This document shows, piece after piece, positions 12,330 to 24,167 of a stretch of 32,066 nucleotides of DNA (within the stretch, counting starts at the first letter, position 1; every line of letters starts with the position of its first letter). The stretch is taken from contig JAQGDQ010001626.1 in assembly GCA_030141605.1 (NCBI GenBank), positions 1 to 32,066 on the forward strand. The letters are read 5' to 3'. The translations under genes and the position numbers were made by a program. Below the pieces are notes generated by a model. That model was not told where the DNA came from. It was given only the letters and a program-made list of their open reading frames with translations, and searched no databases. Origin of the DNA: Tubiluchus corallicola. Its lineage: Eukaryota > Animalia > Priapulida.

Positions 12330-12510
12330 CAATCTCTTTAAAAGTTTTGTATTGGGTTTCCCTGGAGGTCGCATAGCAGCTTCCAATGCCTCGTTTAATG
12401 CTAATCTTACTGGTGTTGTTTCTGGCAATCTCATTAAATATTCTACCCATCTGAGCCTGCTGCTTCTGATTTTAGTGCTCCAATGTTCTTCTTTGGTTCT
12501 GTAATTGCAA
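12330..12510 (-). mobile_element. second fragment of the same LINE family, inverted
   Basis: 12387-12435 is the exact reverse complement of 10554-10602 (49 nt); looser similarity extends on both sides. Confidence 0.8.
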
Positions 12511-13097
12511 ACTCGCTTTTAAAATAAACCCGTAGATGTCGCTAACGTTACCTTTTTGCCTTTTTTGTAACTGTGTCAGTATGAGGACACGGTGCGTAAC
12601 GCAGAATACTGCAGCAATTTTTACTTGTCCTCCAGATGGTTGTGGGTTCGAGTCCATGAAAGCGTAGACCATACATTTGCCATACAATTGAACACACATC
12701 TTCTGTTGGTTTTTATGAGATTTACAAGTTTAGATAATGTCAACTCGTGGCAGTATAGGGCAGAATCGTACACGTTTTAGCTGTTGGCAGAAGTTCATAA
12801 AGGCACCCCATTTATTCCCCCAGGATGAAAGTTTTCTCTTTGTTCGACAGCTGGTCAAATGGTCAATTTTAATTGCAGGCAGCGAGTTGGTAGGTTTTTC
12901 ATTGCTTTTTACGATTTTCTGTAATTTTGGTTATTTTTCTTCCCCTGAGCACCACAAATTTATGTCACACATCTTGGTTCATGTCTTTGATTCATAATCT
13001 CTTGCTTGCTTATGGCTTCTGTGCAGAAACGTAATTTCATTTATCGTGACGCACAAAGTAAGAATCTTTGCTTTTAATCTATCTCTGTTTCCTATAG

Positions 13098-13141
13098 GTC
13101 TTACAGAAAGACAAACCAACTTCTCTTACATTGCACTCTAG
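13098..13141 (+). CDS. Shaw: candidate 44-nt Shaw cassette exon
   Basis: Long pyrimidine tract ending tctctgtttcctatag, donor TAG|gtatat. Open in phase 2 to 1 after the 19-nt microexon; ends in TAG stop if spliced in alone. Confidence 0.55.
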
Positions 13142-13229
13142 GTATATTGCATTAGTTACTCTTGTACTTTCACACACATAATTTTCGGCTACGGATTATT
13201 TTGTTTTATTAAATTGAAAACGCGTTGCG

Positions 13230-13909
13230 TTAAAGCACAAGAAAACCCTGCACGTACATTAAGCTTAAAAAATTCGTCTCGAAATTTTATACCACTTACA
13301 CACTGCCTTTTCACATGCATGGCTTGCATCGGCCGTAATGCTGTATAAAACGTGTACATTTAAGCTCCCGCGATGACCGTTAGGCACAGCCATTTTAATG
13401 GTAGGTCGTTTGAAACAAGTTTTGATAACATTGAGCAAAATTTTAAAAAATAATCAGAGCATTCGTAGCATACACGTTGCTAATTAAGTAAAATTTTAAA
13501 TTACTGTATTTTGTCAATAAGACAAAAAATACGTTTTTGGTTAGTTGGTGGCGCACCCTGGAGGGTGAGTCTGTGACATTTTACCATTTGGCACAAACAC
13601 TTAAAATTATTAGTCTAGTTGCATAATTTTTTCCAGCAGTAAAGTGAAATGCTAAGTAATATAGATTTCAACGAAAATTTTTCTGTTTGATAATTTAACA
13701 TTGCCTTTTCTTTCCCTGATTTACATTTGCGTATATGACGTCATGTAATGGCGCCGTCGGAACAGTATTGCAGGAGATTTAAAATGAAAACAAACGAAAA
13801 TTCCTTTCAACACGAATACGATATGTGCATAAAATTGCTGTAAGGTAGTGTAATTTTTAAGGCGTTTTTTCTGAAAGCTACTTCAGGTACCCCTTTTCTT
13901 CTCCTTTAA
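13230..13909 (+). mobile_element. TTAA-flanked MITE family B, copy 2
   Basis: TTAAAGCACAAGAAAA...TTTTCTTCTCCTTTAA; colinear with 4423-5107. Confidence 0.85.
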
Positions 13910-14024
13910 TGAAGTAGTCAATAAGATTTGTTTTATTGTAAGTATCGTGAGCTTTCTGCATTATAAGGTTCAAGGTGTTAAATTACAGCAAGAGTGTTTC
14001 GTAATTTCTTCTTTCCCGCTTCAG

Positions 14025-14192
14025 GAAACGGCGAAGAGTCGATTCCAATGCTGATGTTTAATCACTCCGAAAAAGAGGACTCGCTTCCCCGCACTCGGCC
14101 TCAAAGCAATGCTGAAAAGTCCCCTCCCCGATTACTAGACATAGGCTCCGATCACGGAACGCCAACAAAAGTCCCTCAGTCTCAGACAATAG
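14025..14192 (+). CDS. Shaw: Shaw channel C-terminal cytoplasmic exon (168 nt, phase 1-1)
   Basis: Strong acceptor ttcttctttcccgcttcag, open frame GNGEESIPMLMF...KVPQSQTI, donor ATAG|gtttgt, GC-richer than its flanks. Confidence 0.8.
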
Positions 14193-14541
14193 GTTTGTGC
14201 ACTAATATTACTAACTTGTTGTAGTTAGCTAACCGTATAGCTGAGTTTATAAAATACATACTAATATTTTCAATTTAAGTAAGTGTATTCAGTTTTGCAT
14301 TGCTTGTTTTTATACATAAGCATTAATCTTTTTTCGGAGTTTATATTGTTAATGTATGTGCTGGGTGTAATACATGTGCACTGCCTTTTTTAACCTGTTT
14401 ACGCAATTGGTGCACAGCAGCATGGAGATTGGTTCATTATGCCAAGCAAGCTTCTTATTTTTATTGCAAACTGTGTAAAAAGGAACTTCTCTCATCTGAC
14501 ATTACTTGTGTCAACCCTTTCCCTCTATTTTCCCTACGTAG

Positions 14542-14615
14542 CTGATCCAGGATTGACACCTGTGTCCATGTAAAGCATTGGAGTGATATACAGAGAGGCC
14601 CCCTGCCTTGAGGTT
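14542..14615 (+). CDS. Shaw: candidate stop-containing alternative Shaw exon (ADPGLTPVSM*, stop 14571-14573)
   Basis: Pyrimidine tract cccttccctctattttccctacgtag, donor gtaagt at 14616, followed by a TGCATG cluster. Confidence 0.6.
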
Positions 14616-14623
14616 GTAAGTGC

Positions 14624-14812
14624 TGCATGCGTGTCTTTCGCTGTCACACATTTTCAAGCATGCGTGCATGGCATGGCTTCACCCACTTTTGTGTGCACGC
14701 ACTCACCCATCTTTAGAATAATAGTGCATGATGAGATTATGACTTATGCGTATATATTTCTGCGTCTTCTTGCATGCAGCTTCGGTTGGCGTACTTGTGT
14801 AGTAACTGCATG
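14624..14812 (+). promoter_or_regulatory. cluster of (T)GCATG RBFOX-type intronic splicing elements
   Basis: TGCATG at 14624, 14665, 14725, 14771 and 14807, plus GCATG at 14658 and 14671. Confidence 0.7.
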
Positions 14813-15059
14813 TTACCAAGCTTTCAAAGGTAAGCCATAATTACGTTAGTTATAGAACGTTACGTTAGAATGCGCTGTTGTGAGTGTTGTGACGGAAGGC
14901 TAAAAACGTTTTAGAAGTGGGCAAGGTCAGCGAATTTTTACGTGCAGCTAAAAAACCCGGATGTAAGATTCATAAACTACGTTTACGTTTGGGTTACGTT
15001 TCAAGTAGCTGTCTGGTAGCTCTCTGCATCTAGATGCAAGCATTTTAACGCTTGCTCGC

Positions 15060-15521
15060 TTAACCCTTTCATACCCGTTGTATCCCGTGGGATACGAGAA
15101 TATTTTCTGCCTTTAAAATTAATAAAATTTTAAAACTGACAGTTATTTGATCTGTTAATAGTTATTTTGATTTAAGCCAATAACAAAAGACTAAAAATGG
15201 TGGTAAAATGGCAAACTGGAAAATCTACATAGCATAAAAAACTGCGCAAGGTACTTTAGAGACGACTTTGTACAGATCAACATAGCATGCATACAAAATG
15301 TCTTAAATACTTTAAAAAATTATCAGCAGTTGCAAAATGAAGCACATTTTATGCTTCCATTGAATCCCAAAGTATCCCGTGGGATACAGGCTATATTTAG
15401 CACGCGGGCACAGGTAGAAAAAAATAATTATTATGTGTAAACAAGATGGACATACTGAACAAAAGTACCAAGCCAAAATTTTTTTCTTATTTAAAAAATA
15501 ATTTGGGACTGAAAGGGTTAA
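15060..15521. mobile_element. piggyBac-like MITE
   Basis: TTAA-CCCTTTCA...TGAAAGGG-TTAA; near-palindromic GTATCCCGTGGGATAC at 15080-15095 and 15372-15387. Confidence 0.85.
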
Positions 15522-15531
15522 GCGGGCCTCG

Positions 15532-16044
15532 CTAAAGGAAAACTGGGTGATTTTTCATATCATAGCTCGCTCAAGTACGGTGAAAAGCACATATTTCAGC
15601 ACCTATAATAAAGCCAAAGCGTTTGTGATAATTAAACAATATGTGAAAACTAAACTAACGGCAGGCGAGCCCAGTTAGTGACGACATCAAAACCGAATAT
15701 GATTTTCAACAGCACAACCATTCCATGTGCCTACTGTAAATTCAAATTTCAAGTTTACCACTATGCTCTCGCATGAGATCTCGAGCGTGTGCACTACGTC
15801 ACAACTGAACAACTCTGAACTGTGAAGTACAGCACCTATTTTTCCGAGACGCGCGCTTGTGCCCATCTAATGGTGAAATGCATGAACAGCGAGCAACTAG
15901 CCGGGCGAACGCGAATTTGCGTTTCTGCGGTAATAATTCTTTCATGTAATTCATTCTTAAAAAAATTGTATATTTCTCTTTCAATGTTTTAGGAGGAAGA
16001 TTGTTTTGAGTTGCAGTTTAATACTGGGCCCGGTTTTCCTTTAA
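15532..16044 (-). mobile_element. MITE family A, copy 3 (reverse orientation)
   Basis: TAAAGGAAAACTGGG...CCCGGTTTTCCTTTAA; GTGCACTACGTCACAACTGAACA is the reverse complement of the block at ~5336-5358. Confidence 0.8.
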
Positions 16045-16234
16045 TTATAATTTTATACGTTGGCAAATACTAGATGAGAAGCAAAAAAATACGGGCACAA
16101 AATTGGCTAGATTAATTAAAAAATATGTTCATGAACAGCTAGTCGATCATTTTTTGAGCTACTGGAATCATAAAACGCTGTGACGTCACTGCAGCTTCTT
16201 AGCCGTTCGGTTAACTTTGATCAGATCTAAGAGG

Positions 16235-16678
16235 TACAGTGTTCCCTCACTTATCGCGGGTGTTCCATTCCAGGCCCATCCGCGATAAGTGAATTTCCGC
16301 GAAGTAGGGACGCTATACTTATTTGTGAGCGCAAGTGCTACATTTCCTTTTTGGTGTGTACTCATCCGCCGAATAAATACACTATTTACTGTAAATGGTA
16401 ATTTTTTATGATTTATAATATTCTTTTAATGTTAGAATTAATATTTTTAATATATTTTTATACACTTTGTGATTTTTTATGCAAATATATATCATCAGAT
16501 CTATACATTACTGTACAATACGTACTACGCATGTGCAAAAATACTTTAGACGGAGTACCGCAAAAACCCGCGAAACAGCGAAAATATCGCGATAAATATT
16601 TTACATTAATATTTTTGAAAACCCGCGAAACAGCGAGTCCGCGATAAACGAACCGCGAAGTTGCGAGGGAACACTGTA
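16235..16678. mobile_element. Tc1/mariner-pogo (Tigger-like) MITE
   Basis: TA-CAGTGTTCCCTCACTTATCGCGG...CCGCGAAGTTGCGAGGGAACACTG-TA, with CCGCGA subterminal repeats. Confidence 0.85.
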
Positions 16679-17091
16679 CTCATACTGTAAGAGGTACGTA
16701 AGGGGTTACGGTTGGAACAAACACGAGAATTCGCCCCGAAACCGTCATAACTTATTTAATACAGATAAGAGATATACGTTCATATCTTTTTTGGCTAGCA
16801 TACGTAGGAAATTACTAAAAAAAGTTCTTTTTTACTAACTCAAACAATTAAAACGTGTGCTAATTGCTGAGAATACAATGTTTTGCGATTTTGTTCCGTT
16901 TTTTCGAAGCATTTTTGTAAAATTCGCTGATCTGTCAGTTGAAACTTGTAAGCTACCGAACTTAACGTGGCATTCGAGCAGTGAATTTAGTTGAGTAATT
17001 ATGTGAAAAAAGACGCAAAAAATGTTCTATTTCCCTTTGAAGTAATCATGAGTGTTGCATGGTCTAGAGAGCATGTTTGCAGACTATTGAG

Positions 17092-17158
17092 CAGGGCCCA
17101 TTTCAGGGGGGGAGTGGGGATACTTCCCTGGGCCTCGCTTAGACTGAAATAGGCCCTG
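17092..17158. mobile_element. 67-bp minimal hAT-type element
   Basis: 15-bp TIR CAGGGCCCATTTCAG / CTGAAATAGGCCCTG (1 mismatch) with a perfect 8-bp TSD CTATTGAG at 17084-17091 and 17159-17166. Confidence 0.85.
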
Positions 17159-17784
17159 CTATTGAGCTACAGCATCTGCCGACTGCTATAAATTGAAAAT
17201 ATGATATGATTTTATAAACTTTACATATATGTATGAAATACGAAATACTTATTAGCAACACTTAAGTTTAGCTCTTTGTGTGAAATACTCCATGTATGTA
17301 GTTGTGTACTAGAATTGGTCATCTCTATTTTACGTATGATTAAGTATTTAATCATAATTAGAACACAGCATGATAGTAATTGTCATTAATTAGAGTGTAC
17401 TATAACATTTAAACTCAGAGATGGAAATGTGTCGTATTTATCTACTGCCAAGTCTGGTACAAGACGTCAAACGGAAATCATTTGACCGGAAGTCTGTAGT
17501 GACGAACGTAAATGACACGAGCAAGTGATAAAAAGCAGTCGTTAGAAACAGCAAAATACGCAAGAATTTACCTCCCCCTCCCCCCCCACCCCCCCCCAAC
17601 GTGGAAGACAATTTTTATTTTTGTGCTCAAATAATGTATATTGTTTTAAATTTTTGGAACAGTAGTTTCTAGTTTGCACTGGACACATTTGCCTTTAACA
17701 ATTGTGTGAATTTCTATTCTCAAGCTGCGATGTTCTTTTATGCTTTTATAGTTATGAATATCGATTTTTATGGCAAATGAAGAT

Positions 17785-17815
<31 letters not shown>

Positions 17816-18420
17816 GAAAACTAAAGTCACCCACGACCCAGTTCCAGCTCTGACATGTAGTAGTCATTTGTGAAAATTTATGGTGCAATTTACATACGAA
17901 ATATGGTGCATCTTATTCATATTAGTCATGTGTTTATATGTGGATTAGTGGATTATATATTTATGATTGGGACGTATTTAGTACTCCAGCAAATTTTAAA
18001 TAAGCATCAGTAAATGACAAACGTTAATTTTACATTTCACGCACACTGTTTTCGTGTATGCGTGAGTGTTCCGTGCATATACATTCACTCTCTCGGCAGT
18101 GATGCGCTGAAGCCTAGCAGGAATGCTTAGTAACTAGTACGTGGGGTGTTAATTTTGTTAACGCACCTAATTATATTGAGCCTCTTGAGACATCCAATAC
18201 GAAAGTGCTTTCACGATTTTGTAATTTATATCACAAAAATATTATTTGTTTTGAGAATTTACTGTTTTACTTAAATAAGCGAATATTAGTTTTCTCTAGA
18301 AATTCAAGTTGTTAGAAATCGTTCGTGCATAGCATTACTTAGTATTACTGTGGTGCTAAAACCAATGTCACCTTGGCAGCAGTGTCATTATTTTATATCT
18401 ATATCTTTCTCTGCGTCTAG

Positions 18421-18469
18421 AGCTAATAGTTAACATGAGGCAGGGTGCCAAGATTCTGGACTGATGTAG
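18421..18469 (+). CDS. weak candidate alternative Shaw stop exon (ELIVNMRQGAKILD*)
   Basis: Acceptor atctttctctgcgtctag; phase-1 reading ends at TGA 18462-18464; possible donor TAG|gttggg. Confidence 0.3.
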
Positions 18470-18632
18470 GTTGGGTGTACCGCCATACGGGATGCAGTCC
18501 TGATCTTGCTGATGCACCTGCCAAAGTAAATATCCCTCAAATTGGCGCCACCAATGAATTTTAAACATGCACGTATGTCCACGTAATGCTTTGTACACAA
18601 GCTTGTGCCTAATGTATATTATCTGATTCCAG

Positions 18633-18856
18633 GTAGTCCAAATGGCATGGAGTCTGTTAGTGCACCAGCAGCGCCACCGCCAGCAACAGTACCGCCACCT
18701 TCTGTGATTGTGACATCAAATCCAGGAAGTGGTTCTACCGGACACCAGCCCAGCTCCGCAAGCCACACGAGTAACTCTCCGACGATGCCGCCAAAGCGAC
18801 CGCTGTCGTCGTCGCCAACAGCGTCGTCGACGCAACTTGCCAAGGTAGAGGCGTGA
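18633..18856 (+). CDS. Shaw: Shaw channel last coding exon (Pro/Ser-rich tail ending AKVEA*)
   Basis: Branch-like CCTAAT and acceptor attccag; phase 1 in frame with exon 14025-14192; GC-rich coding-like composition; stop TGA 18854-18856. Confidence 0.8.
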
Positions 18857-19639
18857 CACTGGCAACGTGATAGGAACAGTCTAGACTGCTGACCAAACCT
18901 CCTGAATGCTTGCAGAACTTGTAAAAAGCTTTGAGCTTTGTGATAAAACATTTATTCAAATTCAGCTCAGAATATTCAGCGACTTTTTTGTTCTGCAAAG
19001 CAGGCAATGTTCGGTCAGCTGATTGCGCACTGACAGGGCATCACTGTTGAATGAGTGCATAATACTGCTATGATTGACCACTGAGAACTATACAGCACTT
19101 GGTGCCACCGACGTGAGAATTTACTGAACATGCCAAACTAAGAGATTGCGAACAAGTATAAGAAAACAGGCGTCAATGAAAACGACACAACTTGGAGTTG
19201 TAAGAATCCTTCTGCATATCCGTCTGCTCCATCTGCATATGTGGAACATTGCTGCCTTTCGGAATACAAATGCTAATATTCCTGAACATGGGAATAAAAG
19301 GGATCTCGGAAGTGAGTGATTTGCGATTATCATAATGGCAATATAGTTGCGCCGTCGCGCCAGTAGATGTCTCTCTGTTGTCATTTTAGCTGACAGTTGT
19401 CCTGAGGGCATGGTAAACAGAACCGGGGAACTTCTAACACCAAAGTGCATCAAGTGAGAAGCTGAGGAAAACTCAGCACGTTGTAATATCTGGCTGATCT
19501 TAATACAGGGACCTTCTTTAAATGGGCTTGAAAGAGGGAGATTCTTCTTCTGTTTTATTCATGTGTCTTATCAGTTGGCTACGTTTGTAAAATACTTGTT
19601 ACCATTGTACAATGCAATTGCTTTTAAGCTAGTCATTAC

Positions 19640-20363
19640 CAGGCACGTAGCCAGGAATTTATAAGCGGGGGGGATGCTAATACATGTGCTGTTTTGTCTA
19701 ATGCAGTTTTCACTGACATGCCCTGTAAACAAGTTGGATTCACCAGGTATAATCACAAGTAAATTTTGTTCCAAGTTTTATTAAAGGCAGACATTATAAT
19801 TACATTATACATTTTATTACATTAAAGTTAATTATAAGTACATTGCAATTACAATAGAAAAATTACAAAATTATTTGTGACTAACTTATTAAATAATGCA
19901 CCTATTCTTGAGGTCTGCAAACTCCTGTATTACATTTTCAATGTCTATTTCACCTTTGTTCAGGTAAATGTGAGTCAAGTCATGTAACCTCTCCCCCAGT
20001 TCTGCTGTGGGTGAAAGTTTTCAACAGACGTAGGGCAGAGAAAGTTCTTTTTGGTGTGTTTGTAGACACTGGAATTGTCAACAGTGAATATAATATAGGA
20101 AATGTAAGCTTGTCACATTATTTCAGAAGCTCTCATGAAACAAGCATGTAAATAGTATCTTAAAAGCTTAACCACAAAACAGCATTTGAAAGAGAAAATA
20201 AAACAAACAAAAATATTAGGGCATTAAATCAAATCTTGTTTGTTCGTTAATTCTTCAATTGTTTAATACGATCCATCGGACAGGTAGCAATGATACAATG
20301 CGTACAATTTCTTTAAAATGCAACGAAATAGGGGAACCCAGGGTCCCCCTGGCTACGTGCCTG
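19640..20363 (-). mobile_element. internally deleted hAT transposon with transposase C-terminal remnant
   Basis: Perfect 16-bp TIR CAGGCACGTAGCCAGG / CCTGGCTACGTGCCTG; 8-bp TSD GTCATTAC / ATCATTAC. Minus strand ~20103-19890 reads FPILYSLLTIPVSTNTPKRTFSALRLLKTF...IDIENVIQEFADLKNR (hAT dimerisation-domain-like, frameshifted). Confidence 0.88.
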
Positions 20364-22529
20364 ATCATTACATCATCCTCAAGGTCTGGGACTCTGTAAG
20401 TTGCTTTCGTAGGTCCAAATCTGCTGGTATATTATTAGCATTGTTGAGCAGAACCTCCTTTTGTGGTTCACCTTTGTTGAACAATGAACAATGTCAAATT
20501 GTTCCAAGCAGTAGTGACAAGGTTGTGCATTAATTAGCCAGCCACGTCCTGTTGGCAACAACTGTAATTTCCTTAAGCACTAGAAAACATTTAAATCAGT
20601 AGATTTTCCTGTGTCATGGGTGCTAAAACCTATCACTGAAAGTTGTGCTAATGGAACACTGACGTCTGGAGCTGCATTAGAATTACAACTGACATATAGC
20701 CTTATTCGCCTTGAAGATAAAAGATGTATAGAAAGGCAATTTGAGAGTCAATAAACACGATTTTAGGTGGCGCCATATCTTTTACGTTCATTTCAGTGTT
20801 ACTGTTCGTGTGTATAATAATGGATGAAATTTATTTTCTAAAAGTAATTCAACATTCGGTTTCTAATTGTTATGTAATTATGTAGGATGTAGTCGGGAGG
20901 GATGTAGAGATTACAATTATGAAGCTTTTTGTTGGCACTAAAATTTTGTCTGATAATAACTACGTCTTGAAATTTAACGTACGTAACATCTGTTTTATAT
21001 GTAGTTATATGATTATATGTTATATAAAATACTATCTAAGCGCATTGTTATTATTATTAATATTATTATAAATACACCTGTGCAGGTTTTTGTGACTGTT
21101 CACTCTAGTCATAATTATTGTAAATAATTGTTATCTTTTCTTTTGAGCTGTTTTAAGCTAAGTACAACAACTGTTAATAAAGGAGATATATGTGTCAGTT
21201 ATAATGTCACTTGCCATTGCTCTATACATGATCTATAGAGTTGATTTCATTTGTATCACATTAATATAAAATATAAGAATTGAAATTCATTTTGGCCATG
21301 CAAAACTAGTATAAAACAGTGGCGGCTCGTAGCTAAAATTAGTGGTGGTGCTGCTTCAGAAATTGTTTTAATACTGTGTAAAACGAAAGAAACATATGTA
21401 ATTTTAATGTTGAAATTGCTAAATGTAATTTTGAACAAACAAACATACAAAAGTTTATACATAAACTTATTAAAATCCTAACCAAAAAGTACTTTTTGCT
21501 TACTAGTAGTCTAAATTGCCACAGTTCAAGCTTCATCCATTCATCTAAGCACGTAACAACTGACACAAACTGTGTGAGTGGCAATACTTTTTCTACCTGG
21601 GCATGCAGACAGGTGTGCATGGCAGCATACGTACAACAACCAAAAACCTTGTTGCTTGAGCTGTGAGCAGTGAACACATTGTGCTGGCCTGTGAAAAAAA
21701 GGGGGTGCTAAAGTATTTATACACGAGCCGCCACTGGTACAAATACAAAATAATTGCAGTTATCCATGCTGCATTATCACTGGTGTCATGGTTCGTTCTA
21801 TGAGCAAGCGATATAGGGCACAAGGAAATTCTTATGCTACCAAGTTTTCTAGAATTCTTCTGTGTATTCCACACTTACTGTTATTCAATTATGCACCATT
21901 TAATTTTGACAGCACATTGTAGAATCATTTTAGCTTCACTGCGAACAGTATGTAGGCCTGATATTTTTGCACGGAGATTCTGGTCAAGATATTTGAAAGT
22001 GAATATTACCTCATTGTAATTATACGGTTATGTCTGACGTATGTCCACGTGTGTTTTGAAATCCCTGAACGTTTCAATTCGAGTCGAATTTACGTGAAAA
22101 GGTCGTTCTAAACCAACGAAACTAACAAGAATCGTGTTACACTCATATGAAACTAACTGCTAACGAGAAATATTAACTGTATTCCTCCCTAAAAGTACGA
22201 ATAATGTATATTTTTGGCATTTTTAACACGTGATGTGTCTGTTCATTGAAGTTCGATGATAATAATAAATCAGATTTCTGTTTACTTAATTACACACTTT
22301 AAAGCAACAGGTCTATTAGATGCTGTTATATGTGTTATACTATTACTTCACTGATATTACTTTCATGCTATTACATTAAATTATGAATAAAGTTCTCATA
22401 AATTTACTATTACTGATACGTTACTACTATTTTTTGAAAAATTTACCAGCTTATTTTTGGTCGCACAGCCAGGGCTGGATTACCTTATAGACTAGTATAG
22501 CCATTCGAGCTCGGCGGCCATACTTTGAC

Positions 22530-22841
<312 letters not shown>

Positions 22842-23059
22842 AGGTAGTGTTTGTGTTAGTAACGACAACTAAGCTATTAAATGTCTCTTAAATCAGACAT
22901 TAGATAAAGTTTATTTACATTTTATCGACCCGTGACAAGGTACATCACGTCCTTCAATAGCAATTCAAGTGCGTCTACGTAAGATGACTTATACCTAATC
23001 TACGGGGCAGATAGATGACACGCGTTCACCTGTAGTTATCTGACAAAAACAATAATACA

Positions 23060-23596
23060 TTGGACTCGACACAGAAAAAAAAAACTAGTCAGGATTTTAT
23101 TGATCGTTATAAAAGCTTGAACTCAGAGCAACGCTGTGAAATTTATGTGAAATCTCGCATTGATTCTACAAAATTAAACCTGCTCATCGCATTGGTATCT
23201 TTTGTCTGGTTGGCGTGTGTCAGTTGTAACAGCACTGAAAAAGCAGAAAAAAATGAGTATTTAACTTCAAATACACCAGTAGATGTCACTGCTACACAGT
23301 CGGCTGCTACTCTTGAAAAATCTGATCTGAAAATGTCCCAAAACGACACAAGCATTTTGAAAAAACCTGCCGGAGACCGAATAAAAAGTTTTCGGCAGAT
23401 TGTAAACACAAACAGTAGCTACGTTGGTAGTGAACACAGTCACACGAATGTCGAAGAGACGCGGGTTCGATACCTTACGTGTGCCTGTACATCACACTTT
23501 GTGGGTTCTTCGAAGGACTACGATCGAACGAACGTTTTGTGTAGATATTCCAGCGAATATGGGAAATATTGTCGCGTACCTTCGGTTGATTACAAG
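23060..23596 (+). CDS. TGF-beta family type I receptor, exon with signal peptide, S/T-rich N-terminal extension and first half of the Cys-rich ectodomain (5' boundary uncertain)
   Basis: Hydrophobic LNLLIALVSFVWLACVSC, then YLTCAC...VLC...KYC; donor AAG|gtatgt, phase 0, joins 28390 in frame. No in-frame ATG precedes the signal peptide. Confidence 0.72.
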
Positions 23597-24167
23597 GTAT
23601 GTACGCTGCTCCCATTTTATTTAATGATTAGCAACTGAGGCGATATGTATTACTAAATGAACAGGCAAATTACAAGTTAAATCTTATGTATGACATCAAA
23701 AATGTAAATTTAATATCGGCACCAACTTACTTTATTTAGGGCACTTTTATTTTAAGATTTTGTTGCTAAATTTTAATAAAATTGGGCTCAAATTTGCAGA
23801 GTTTTTGAGGTTATGATTACAACTCTTTGTGGACTTAAATATTGAATTGGGAATTTAGTAATTTAGTATATTAATTTATCTGCATTTTTATTTACTAGAC
23901 AGGAAACTTGCTTCGTTAGTAACTTTGATTTTACCACGCACTTTATTACTCCTTGTTTAACATCACTGTAAATAATGTTATACGCACGAATTAAAAAGCT
24001 AATTACAGTATGAGTAACATGTAATATTGTAGAAATCACTCTACGATCTAATTAAAATTGTACATTGTCTGTAGTGAATTTTTTTACCTGCAGAAAGAGC
24101 TGATTAAGAGTTCATCATCAAAATGATTGAATTGATGGCCAAACGCGTGCAATTTGTTTGTAACTAT

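Noticed and set aside
12585-12665. Possible tRNA gene (GGTTCGAGTCC B-box at 12645-12655)
   Set aside because: No cloverleaf or clear A-box could be built; at most a decayed tRNA-derived SINE head.
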